The notes beneath the pieces were generated by a model, which searched no databases, had not been told where the DNA came from, and saw only the letters and a list, made by a program, of their open reading frames with translations. Shown here piece by piece: positions 10,816 to 22,800 of a stretch of DNA of 64,000 bases. Position numbers and translations under genes: made by a program. Position 1 is the first letter of the stretch; every line of letters starts with the position of its first letter. Source of the DNA: Asterias rubens (lineage: Eukaryota). Location of the stretch: the NCBI RefSeq assembly GCF_902459465.1, contig NC_047064.1, forward strand, positions 682,001 through 746,000, in the 5' to 3' direction.

Positions 10816-13176
10816 ATTCAAAGTATTTTGTTATTTTTTCAGGATAGAGATGTAGTTAATTATGCTAGTTCCCGACAGTAAAAATACTTTAGGCTTATTG
10901 TATTCATTTAAGATGATTTCATCAGAGTTTTTTTTCTTTCTTTTTTTTCAATTTTTATGCAAACTTGCCCCAAATAAGGCTTAAAGCAAGTAAGAACAAT
11001 TTTAAAGATGAAAATAACTCGGGGGGGGGGGGGAGCTGGAAGTAGGAATTGATATTCCTCTTCAAACAATCTAGATTGTAGGATGGAATACATAATAGAA
11101 ATGTCATAAAGTTTGGTCTGTTACGGTTAAGGAAAGAGACAGGGTTAGATTTGGGGTCGGGCAAGGGATAGTTTTGGGATACAGGAGAGTTAAGGGTAAG
11201 GTAGGTGTTCAATTTGAGTTTAGGGAGGTTCCTAGTCAAGCCTTTAGTTTCTGTCACTTGTTCAAGTTGATTGTACCAAAAAAACAGACACAATTTTTTA
11301 CTCATTGTCTTCTGTACTTGTAATGATTTTATTTCTTACATATCATGCATGCTAAGTTTGGTTCAGAAGAAAAATATGTACACTGGATATATACTTACAA
11401 ATTCTGATTTTATTAATTACATTATGTACTGTGTTTCTTATAGTTGGTTATAGTGTACATGTTAGGGTAACATACACACCAAAATAAAAGATATTTTCCT
11501 CAGAAATGTGAATTTGTAGCCAGACTTCTTGAAGACCTCTTGAAGACCTCTTGAAGCAAAAACCTTGCAAAAATAAACTACAAAATGCCTACACTCAACA
11601 AGGTACAGGCTACGTCCACTTTTTAAAAACACACACTTTGCATATTATTTGTAATTTTTAAAATGTGAAACATTGAAGTTGCTTCCATATAAACTGTCAT
11701 GTGCAGAACGCCTACAAAAATTACAAACATTAAACCATAATGATTTATTTGACATTTGTAATTATCCAAACAGAACTCTATTTGTTAGACCCAAAGATTG
11801 AATCAAATGTTGCCATGCCATCACATATATCTCAAGGACTACACTCTGTGATTGGATGCTTTATATGTGACATCACATTTGCCATAGCAACATTGCTGTC
11901 TGTACATTCTACATTGCAATGGTTCGTGATATTCTCAACGTTAAGTGTGGCATTTAAAGGATGACATGGTAACTTGTGCTGACCTTTATAAAAAGTATTA
12001 ACTATCGTTTATTTTCTTAATATTGGAATTGAAGAAAATAACAAGAAATACACAATGGACATAAATAATATTATACATGTAACATGACTATCTGCAGCAA
12101 AACAGTAAACTATTATATAAGTAGTTTGTACTTGAGAAATAACTATTGTCAAAACTTTATTTTAACCCGGTTGTCCTTTATCGAAATAATATATTTACAT
12201 TTATAAATATATTTTTTTGGAAACTAAAGCGGTTCACTGGTTTGAAATTTACATTTAATACAATAATTTTATAATTCACAAAAATGAAGTTTAAATATAA
12301 TTTGTTTGTTTATAAAAAGTTGTCGGGCAAAGCATTTCTATAGATTTGAAGTGAAGATTTCTCCGGAATATTTCCTTTTAAGTCATAAAAAACTAATTGA
12401 TACAAACAATGTTTGTTGAAGTATTTGTTATAAATATAGTCAAAAAAATCAAAAGTATCATCATGAAAAGATGCATCTATTAATTTGGCTGATCAAAACA
12501 AAATTTTCAAATTTTTGACATCATGAAAACATGCCACAAGAACCCCCTGACTTAAAGCAAATTTGGAATGCAGTGGAAGACTGTTGAATTTCATCGTCAA
12601 GTTTAAGTGTAAAATAAAAACACCACAAATATGGAAAACAACCCTAACATTTGCATTTTGTACAATTACAACCATCAAGGTGAAATGTGGAAGATTATAA
12701 CAGGGAAGTGAAAATACAAAATACAACATCACCAGAAAAAAAACATTGGAAATCTGTAGAATTTTCCATCTGTATATCTTTGGCAAACGTCTTCTTATCT
12801 AGTGCTATTGGTCAAAGTTTCCCCCTTACTATTCATGTCATCGCTAATTTCAGTGGCATACCTATCAATATCACCACCTAACTGTAAAAATTTGCCCTAA
12901 AGGAATTTCTTAAAGAAATATGTTCTTTTTGTGTCATATTTGAACTTCTATCCTTGACGACTACATATAAAAACTCAAAATTTTGATATAAGGATGGAAT
13001 GATCACACATCATGAGAAAATAGTCAGGCTCCTGCTATACACTGAGGATCAGTACTTGTGGGTGAACAGGAAACCAGACAGGAATAAGACTGAGGCTAAA
13101 CATGCTGGGCTGAAGATTTAACACTATCTGTCATAGCTTTTCTATTGAGCCTGTTCCACTCTATCCTACAGGCACC

Positions 13177-13402
13177 AATAGACCCTTCCCATGAAATATG
13201 TAAATTGCACATAGCGCATGCGCACTAACGTTTTGGTTGGCAAAATGAGGGAACATCGCGCTGTTTTGTACACGGCTAATGGGTGCGTGACGCAGACGCG
13301 ATTGCGCGTCTGCTTAGTGCACAACTCTATGGTAATTGCCAACCAACAGAGTCTGTACGCATGCGTGAATGTAATTAGAATATTTCATGGGAAGGGTCCA
13401 TT
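13177..13402. mobile_element. MITE with 23-bp TIR, downstream of the DCLK3 stop codon
   Basis: AATAGACCCTTCCCATGAAATAT ... ATATTTCATGGGAAGGGTCCATT (one mismatch). The TIR start is related to that of the element at 54425-54784. Confidence 0.75.
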
Positions 13403-13672
13403 GAATAGAAAGGAATTGACGCTTGCGAAGCATGCAATTCCACACTTACGTCAAGTGTAATTTACAGGTTAGCAGGAGTTTATTCTGCTTGTGTGTGTAT
13501 GTACTCCACGTTACTAGGCTTACGCAGCTAGCGCAGAAATTTGGCCCTTTCATAGTAAGCAAGAACAGAGATTGTAAGCGCAGAATTCGGCGGTCAGCAC
13601 AGCCATGAAGTTAGGCCCTGAAGACGTCCAGCTTGAGGTACAAGACGGATTCCCCCCCCCTCCCTCACTCTT

Positions 13673-13884
13673 CTATCGAACCCCTCCTCCTCCTTTACGC
13701 CTTCCACTCTTCCTGCCTTCAAAGTTCTTCTCTAGATTCATAGAAACTTCTCTCTGTAGATTTGGGAGCGCTTCTTTAAGCTTTCCTCCTCCGCTGGTGA
13801 TCCATGGATGTTTCATGACTTGCTTTGCCGTATAGCGTTTCCTTCGACTGACTACCAGAAGATGATCAATTAAATCTTTGGCAC
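13673..13884 (-). CDS. DCLK3: DCLK3 last coding exon (end of kinase C-lobe and basic tail)
   Basis: Acceptor ctccaacAG at 13885-13886; [33 protein letters not shown]...[14 protein letters not shown]. Not in the ORF track. Confidence 0.92.
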
Positions 13885-16800
13885 CTGTTGGAGAGACACA
13901 GTAATCATAAGTACCAAAACTTAACTCTAGATATCACATCGTCAGATTCTATTTAAATATAGAACTGACATTTAACAAATGTTACACCCTTCATTTTATT
14001 ATTTATTGAGGGAATTAGGATTTGCAACATGATTACAAATGTTCGAAATTTTGTTTTTATTCAAATACGGATTTAAACCCTTCATTTTTAATTTTTATTA
14101 TTTATATTATATGAAATTTGCCACAAATTTCTAGCCTTGGAAATCTAATGGAATGCTTAAGTTTTGTTGTAAATACTGTCCTTTGATTTAATTAATATAT
14201 TTTTGTTTAATTAATTTTAAGAACTAACATTATTTAAAAGACAAATTTTTTTAATTGAAAAGTACAATTTCATGAACATCAAAGAACAGTTGAGCATGTT
14301 CAACCCAGAAATGCTCATTAAAAAAACCTGTTCTTTTCAGAACCAACACAACTCGTGGAGAGACATTTCCTGTGCATTGTGTTACCACAAACTCTGCCGT
14401 GAAAATTCCCCTTTTTATTTGTAGTTTGGTCCAGGGTTCACCCTCAACAAGTCAGTGACTTGTGAAGATGAGATTAACACATTCATTTCAGTTATTTAAC
14501 TTATACATGTATCAGTACACATCCAGTAGGACTACTTTCCTTGGGGTAACGCCCATTCAGTCCAGCTGTCTTTGTTTAGCAGCATGGTCAAGAACAAAGA
14601 CTTTCTAAACAATGACATTCCTAGTTCTTAGTTTTCCAGACCTGGCCAGTGAAAGCTAAGATAGGGTGAGTTGGCTTTTTGGGTGTGACCAGATAACATC
14701 ATGTGTGTGGATGGCTGAAGGTTCAGCACATGCTGCAATGTACCATGGAGGAAGGAAATGCTACTAGGCTGGCCCAGAATCAGAGTAAGTTATTTTGTAT
14801 ACTTTGGAAAGTATTACTCAAGTTTTAAAGATACTTGTGTGATTTGCTTTTAAATTATAGTCTATACCATAATGGATTCTGCAGATATGTATCAATCTGC
14901 TACACCTTTTACTTTCAGCTGCCAATATTATTGTTGATATTAACCAAGGCATAGAAGTAAGCATTCACATGTAATAAGGTTCTCCCCAGAGTGTTAAACA
15001 AAAAATGGCATTCTGGATTTAAAATTGGCCGAAGCAAGCTGTCTTCAAACAAGGCCCTCAGAATGTATTTACTTGATGTTTATGTTTAGTTTAACAGGAT
15101 TTCCGTGCAAATTTGAACATTTATTGTTTGTTTTTTTATTAAGAAAAACATTATCAGTAAGATTTCTGTATCCTGCCACCATTCTTTTACTAATTCGTGG
15201 CAGGGTACAGACATTTTTAGAAAAATCTGACAATGATGAAATGAACAGAAAGAATGTGCATGCACTGAACCATTGCACCAGTAAGAGGAGTACTTATATT
15301 GTGTGACATGTAGTGTGGGCTATGGGCTTCGTTTCTGTACAGTGCATTGTGTGTGCATGCTCATTGGAAATGCATTTATAGGTATCAGGGAAAAGATATT
15401 TTCTGCAGAGTAGAATTTCATTAAAGTACTTAGTGAAGGACAAAAATATAATGAAGCGCAACAAAGCAAATCCAACAATGATAAATAATTACAACTATTT
15501 AAAACAAAAAAATAATAAAATTTAATGTTTCCAAGTCACATAAAGTTCTTCAAAGCGCTGTACAATTAAAAATTCACACGTTATTAAGGAATACATATAA
15601 AAATCAGTTCAAACAAGAGACAAATAATTAAAAAAATAACAATTACAATTGAGTGATTCTTAGAAGGGTAGATTTTGATTGGTTACTTACTATCTGAGAT
15701 ATTATCCCAATACGGTGAGAGGTAAACAAACTCTCCTGATTGGATGATTTCAAATAACTCTTCTTGGTCTCGATCTAAACTTCGGAATGGTGGAAACCCA
15801 CACAGTAAGATGTAACAAATGACACCAGTAGCCCACATGTCAACCTCTAGGCCGTAACCTGGAAAGGCAAAATCAAAATAATCTCATTCAGTCTCGATAG
15901 TATTAGTGGTTTTTACTCGACCAAATCAACACAACGAGGAACAAAGTACAATGAAAACTAAGTAAATTTGATAAAATAAAGTACGAGGAAAGATCCAAGA
16001 AAGTAAGCAATAAATAAACACTAGGGGGGCCCGAAATACAAGAAACCCATGGCACCTAGAGGACGTGTCTCCATTTAAACAGTAGCCCAGTTCCGAGACA
16101 AATCTCACAACTCTTTCTTTTCCATTTCAGGAACAATACTTCTTCCAAAAAAAATTCATAAATTGTCACTTTATAAATTTTAAAGACAATTTTGAGCTTA
16201 AGGAGGGAAAAAGGAGGTGAAATATTTACCTGTTTCTGCTAGTATTTCCGGAGCCACATAAGTTGGAGTTCCACAGACTGTAAAGATGGGTGATTTAACC
16301 TCCATAGCCAGACCAAAGTCAGCTAGCTTTAAAGTCACATCTCCTGAAGATGATTTGCTGATCTGGAAACAAAGAAACAAATCTCATAACCTTCACTATT
16401 CTCAAGCTATATTATAATTATATCTCATTCATTAAGGTTCTTTGTATAGATCGTTAGCCTTCCAGGCATCAAGCATGTCGACAGATCTGCACATTTTAAA
16501 CTGCAAACAAAGAATGGAAATGGCCAACCACTTTACTTTGTACAGCTAGTGTTGTCCCTACTATTTATTAGACGAATTAGAGGACATAAGTTAACAACTG
16601 AAAGTGTCATGCGTGTAAATGAGACCAGTGTATTCACAGCTCAAAAACAGATTTTGTCTGAATAGTTTTTAAAAACCTGCCACTTTTGGCAGATTGAGTA
16701 CTATTTATTTACTTGATTGATTAAGAAACGTGTGCAGTAAGAAACACAAAATTCATTGTAGTCTATCTATGACACAGAGATGTTTGGATTGATCAGTTAT

Positions 16801-19800
16801 TTTGTATCTGAGGATGAAAGTCAGATAATCAGTTAAGACTGTAGTATTTTCTATAAAGACTTTAGTAACAAGAAAACAAACTGATAAATGTACCTGAATT
16901 TATTCACAATTATTAGCGATGATGCAAAATAAACAGATTTAGGAATAAGCAACAGCAATGAAAACAGGTAGTGATTTGAATGCAAGGCAAACGTAAACAA
17001 GCATCAGCAGTGAAAACCAAAATCACCCATGAAAATAAATTGTGTATGAACATTCAAATGAATTCTTCAATCCATCAATATTGATCAACAACGAGCAAGT
17101 TCAGATGGATATTTGATATTATACAATGCATGTAACCAGTGAACAAAACAAACATCAAACTCAGTGAGTGCTTCCTTACAGCTTATTTCCCATTTTTGTA
17201 AACAGCTAAAATGTTAATACATGTCCACGGTATTTCTGTTGCCCAATGATCAGGCAGAACATATTATTCGCTTGATCAAGGATAGCGAAGCTATGTCTGT
17301 TTGCAATGGATTTACTGACCTTGTAGATAACGTTGTTAGAAATGTTTGGATTGGCTGGAATCAATAATTAAAGCTTTTCAATTCAATCACAGGGATGTAG
17401 GAATGTAATATTAGCCAAGGAATGTTATTACTAAAGCTCTACTCATATTAAGGACCAATGCTTGCAAATTACTCATGGATTTCAAATATCTTGTCCCAAC
17501 ACAATTTTTCAGATGGGGGATAAATAATATAATAATAATAGTGGCTTCTTATACATTTGCCACACAGTGACATACATTTTTACCATACATTTTTTCCTGC
17601 AAGTTATGTGGATAACTAAAACTGTTTCCCTCAATCTTTTCTTCTTTTCTCAATCCATTAATTTTATAATGTACCCATTAATGTTTGTGAAATTTTTGAA
17701 ATGTGTTAAAATATTTGAAGCAACACAAAGAGGATTTTCACACTAAATTTGAGGACTCACCTTTCGATTGGCAAACTAGCCAAGCAGAAGAATCAAGAAA
17801 AAATGGAATGAAATGAAGAGAGGAAATGACAAGATATTAATATGAAAATAAAATATGATGAATGAAGGGGAATTGTTAAATTCATGCATTTTCACGGCAC
17901 ACAAAGTAAAAACCTCTAATTAACCCCCACCCCTTGCAAAATGTCCTTCGTTTCTTTACAGTATGAAAATATTTCATAGAGATGCCCTTATTTAAAATTG
18001 TAAAGTTGTCAATAAAACTCCCACAGTAATATGCTTCATCATGTTAAGCAGGGGCAGATTTGATTGCTTCCAAGATTGGTTGCCATCTGCGACTCAACGC
18101 TCAAAATTTAACGCATGGATTAGTAAGATGTATAGTGTTGAATTTAGCTAAGTCGTAGAAGTGTTTTAAAAAACACAAATCGTGCCTCTTGAACAAGATG
18201 ACACATACAGGCGTTGAACTTCACAATTTGCCTCTGGTAAGAGGCACTCCACATGTATTGGAACTGCGAAGGTCACCACTGCAATTGCTGTGGCTGCAGC
18301 GGGTTATTTCAAGGCCTGCACATATTACCGTTGACACGTTTATAGTAGCTACAATGAAAATCTTAAATCAAATAACAATTATTTTGATGAATGCACTGTT
18401 CATGCCAGCCATGCATGGTTTAACTTAAGCCTCCATCTCCAACACAAATTAAGTGTGGATGGGTTTTTGGATGCTTTACAAACTATGATTATTCTTCTTC
18501 CTCGTTACAGAAACAACTTTTGAATATTCACAATCATTTCAGTTTATCCTTCAACTTACCAGTAAGTTTTCTGGCTTCAGATCGCGATGCACGATATTAA
18601 GTCCATGAAGGTAAGCGAGGGCGCTAGCCATATCGCTAATGATAATTGCTGCATCTGCTTCAGTGAACTTTACACTTTCTGTAATGGCGTCAAACAGATC
18701 TCCTCCCTTGATGTACTCCATCACGAGGTAGATGTTTTCCTCTGTCTCATGCTCCTCAAAGAGCTTCGCGATGTTTGGATGTTTGATATTCTTCATGATC
18801 CCAATCTCGTTCTCAATCATATGTTCTTTACTTGTCAGTTTTGATTTGTCAACAATCTTCATCGCGAAAACCTGATCTGTGTTTTTCAATGTTGCCTCGT
18901 GGACATCGGCAAAATTACCGTCTCCTATTTTGGGGCCGATGGTGTACCTCTTGAGGATGGAGTCCTTGTCAACGATCTCCCGAGGATCGGAAGAAAAATT
19001 TGGTTTGTTCTCTTTGTCGTTTGATGAGTTGTCTTCATCAAGAATGTTAAGTTCACGTTTATCATAATTGATCTCATCACTTGGAATATCGTCAGAGTAT
19101 GAATCTTGATTACCAAATAATTCTTTTTCATCTTCCAGTTCTGCTCTATCATCATATTCTAGTTCATCTTCTAATTCGGACAATCTCTTCCGGTCCTCTT
19201 CTTCTAACCTCTTCTCTTCTTCACGTCTTCTCTCAGTTTCTTCTTCTTCACGTTTTTTCTTTGCATCCTCCTCCTCCTTTCTCTTTCGTTCCTCTTCTTC
19301 TTTCTTCTTAAGTGATTCCTCTATAGCTTTGAGCTCTGCCTCTTTCTTAGCAATAGCCTTAAGACGTTCCTTCTCTGACTTTGTTTTCTTATCTGCTGCC
19401 AGTTGTTTTTCCAGATCTTCTTCTCGCTTCTTAAGTTCTTTTTCTTTCCGTCTTAATTCTTCCTCTTTCTTCAGGTTTGCTTCCTCCCTCTCCACCTCAT
19501 CTTTACTCTTCTCCTCAACATCTTTATCCCCTCTTGGAGATTTTTCAATGTCTTTTATTTTTCTCTCTGATTTTTTCTGCGGACGAATGCTCAAGCTCTC
19601 GCTTCTTTCATCGTCTTCAAGACTGCTATCAGTCTTACTTTCTCTACCCTTAGTCCGTCTCCTATTACCCTTGGTATAAGGCATATTAGGAAAGCTATCC
19701 GCATAGACTTCAGCAACTTCATCTCGTGTTAGTGGATGTTTAGATGTTGATGCAATGAAAGCATCGTCAGGATTCCTGAAGAAATCAGCCACACCTTTAA

Positions 19801-22800
19801 CTTCTTTCCCGCTTATCGTAAACAGCTTCCTAATCCTATGATTCTTATACTTAGGAAGTCCAAATGCATCGGAGATGTCTTGGACAAGCTGCTCGTAAGA
19901 TTGAACGCTACGTTTGTTCAATAAGAGAGAAACTATTTGCGGAGGTTTTGCTCCTGCCTTAGCAATCTTACAGAGTTTTGGTTTGGATGGACTGTGATCA
20001 GAATAAAGCACCCCAGTAGACTTTGAGACTGGGTCCATCTCCCTGTGAGATAGCGGAGGTCTCCTGACACTAGAGAAAGAGAATGACACTGGTCCACTTC
20101 CACCCTTCTTGAGAGATCCTGGCCCTCCTACTGGGCTTCTTGCGTAGGCAGCTGCGTATTTGCCAGTACTTGGGTAAGAGTAGCTTAAATGTCCGTACAG
20201 ATCACTCTGGAGCTGACTGTGTTTACCTGTACAAGATCAAATCAAAACAAGTCAGATCAAATCAGATGAAACCAAAAAGAATTGAAAGATATTTTAAAAT
20301 TAAAGAATTCAGATCCAGGTTTATAAGAATTCAGATTCAGGTTTACAACTTCTCAAAGTATGAGCAGGAGTTTCAGGCCTAATACTCCACACAGAGGCAT
20401 TGCAGGCGATTCCTACTTTGCCCTTTGTCATTACCTTGGTGCTCCTTGAACTGTTTCAATAGAAATTTACAATTTCCTCATAGAGTGTGTCCTTTAACAG
20501 GGTGACACCGCCTTGATGCCTTTGCCCTTTCAAAACACAGCATCAGGTCTGCAGCTGTGACACAATCGTTATAACTGTTTGTTTTTTGACACTTGAGTGT
20601 TAAGTACTGTTGCTTTTTACTTTGATGTTCTGTTTTATTTCAAAAAAAGAAAGATAAGCGCAACACTGAGCTATCCTAGACTATTTCATGGAAGTAACAA
20701 CTAGTCGTTATCCTTTTGATTTTGTCATTATTTCAAAGGAACCTCATCAGCAGCAGCCACAAACATGTAAGTATTAGTAAACTTCGCAAGTTTCATAATC
20801 ATTGCTAGGGGTACGGGACTTCAGTCAAGTGAGTTGTTTTATTGTAAGTTGGGCTCTTTCTGAATCAGCTGCTATGGCTACATCACCATGACAACATGCA
20901 TTGAAGCATTGGTTGCCCTTAGTAACACCCATAGCAACTGCCACCATTTTTGATCCTGCCTGACCTGGATTGCCGCCAGCAAACTGGTGAATCTTAAGAG
21001 CCTTGATGAAGGTGAATGGGGGCTTTTAGATACGAGACAAGACCTATACTATTGTGTACCTATTCACTGCTACTATATTAATATACAGTTTGTATTCATA
21101 TAATAATTTGTAACATTTTATGAATTCAACTTGACGTTGAGTCATGTTTACAGACCTATATAATAACTCAAATCTCTATTCTTGGAATGACCCTAAACAT
21201 GGTGATCTACAAAGAGCTGTTTCTACCGATAGGATTTGTATTGATTGGGCAATAAAGGCGTTCCCTGTATAGGGTCAGCGGGTTGAGGATTCTAGACAGA
21301 TAATCTGGTTATTGATTAGGGTGATTGTATACATTGGCATTCAGGTTGGTAGACAGTTGCGTATGCGTATTTATGTGTATAAACATCAGGTCATACTATT
21401 TTTGGTGAAAATTTATGTAGGGTACGTGAAAATCACAAATAAAAAAAGAAGAAATAAACTGCTCGATTTATTGTAGAAGTACGGCTTTCACTAGGGGCTG
21501 TTCTGGTGACTGGGTGGTTTTATTCATCTACATGTAGGGTTGATTTCACAAAGAACAAACATAATATTTGTTTTCTTTGAAAAAAGTAAGAACATTCTAT
21601 TTAGTACAAGGGCCGACCTACATGTTAAGGTGGTATAGGCTATAGGCTTTAATATACTTATTTTCAAATCACAATCATTCTGGTTTTTCCAAAGGGCATA
21701 ACAATCGGACCAGTTTAGGAGCAATATTTTGGACAATATGTGGAGAACCGAACCACTATATTTTAACTTACTGCGTCCACATTTTGCCTACATGCCACTT
21801 TCAGTTTCTGATCAAAGTAAAAAAAACAAATTGTTAAAAAACAAATTAACATTCCTTCATTTGCTATAAAATTGTACTGTCAGAACTGGTTCTACAGTAC
21901 AATTTTTACAAATTTTCTCTAAAAATTCAAAATTGCATTTTAAAACTTAAATGCAAATTAAAATAAATTAAAATCCATTAATCAGAATGAAGGATTGTCA
22001 ACACATGTATCCACAACACAACAGATTAAAACTAACTCTTTTGTTCCCGAACAAAAAGGCTGCATATTTAATTAAATGCCATATGTTTGCATTCAAGTGC
22101 TTACAGATTTGTTTTTGTCTACGTGGCAAGTTAAGAATTAATTACTTACAAGAACTGTGAATACTGTAAGTAGTAAAAGCACTGAGTGACATAAATGGTC
22201 TTTTGGGCTCCACTGACATTAATTCGATAGGGAACATTAATTTTGTAGATGTTTTCATAATTATGACCACAAAATGGCTCAAGTTATTTTCTTTTTAATG
22301 ATCATCTTCAGTTTATCAACAGAATCGGGGCTTGAATTTGTTGAGAAAATCCACAAGACCACAGGCCTTGTAGCTCCAAATACATGTACTTACAGGACCA
22401 GATTTCTTGTTTTAAATAAGACCAGAATCAAAATGATCAAACAAAACTACATCTACACACTTTAATATACAAATTGTTTTGAGGGAAGATTGATCTTATT
22501 TGTCTATGGGCAAGAAGTAAAATTTTGATTATCATCAGAATAGAAAGATACTTGACAGACTCGAGGCATTATAAGTTTGAAAACATTATATGCACCTGTG
22601 CTTCTAACTTTTAAAATAAAAAAGTCTAGCAGCAGCATTAAATATGTACATGTAATGTTGCAATCAAGTTTAATAAATGGCATTTACTGATTAAATCAAC
22701 AAGATGGTTTAGCCAGTGTACCGGTTTCCATGGTTACTGTTGATGACGTTTGTAAGTAACAATTTGTGCATTCTTTCATGAAGGATAGTCTTTTGTGATG

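Noticed and set aside
11120-11230. Degenerate GGGTTA/TTAGGG-like tract as an interstitial telomere
   Set aside because: There are no two consecutive perfect hexamers; it is more likely a decayed simple repeat or MITE interior.
14743-14760. Fourth P-type footprint (CATGGAGGAAGGAAATG)
   Set aside because: Only one diverged arm, with no partner arm or target duplication.
18587-19679. Plus-strand and alternative-frame ORFs overlapping the DCLK3 large exon
   Set aside because: They are shadow ORFs caused by the purine-rich codon bias of the real exon.
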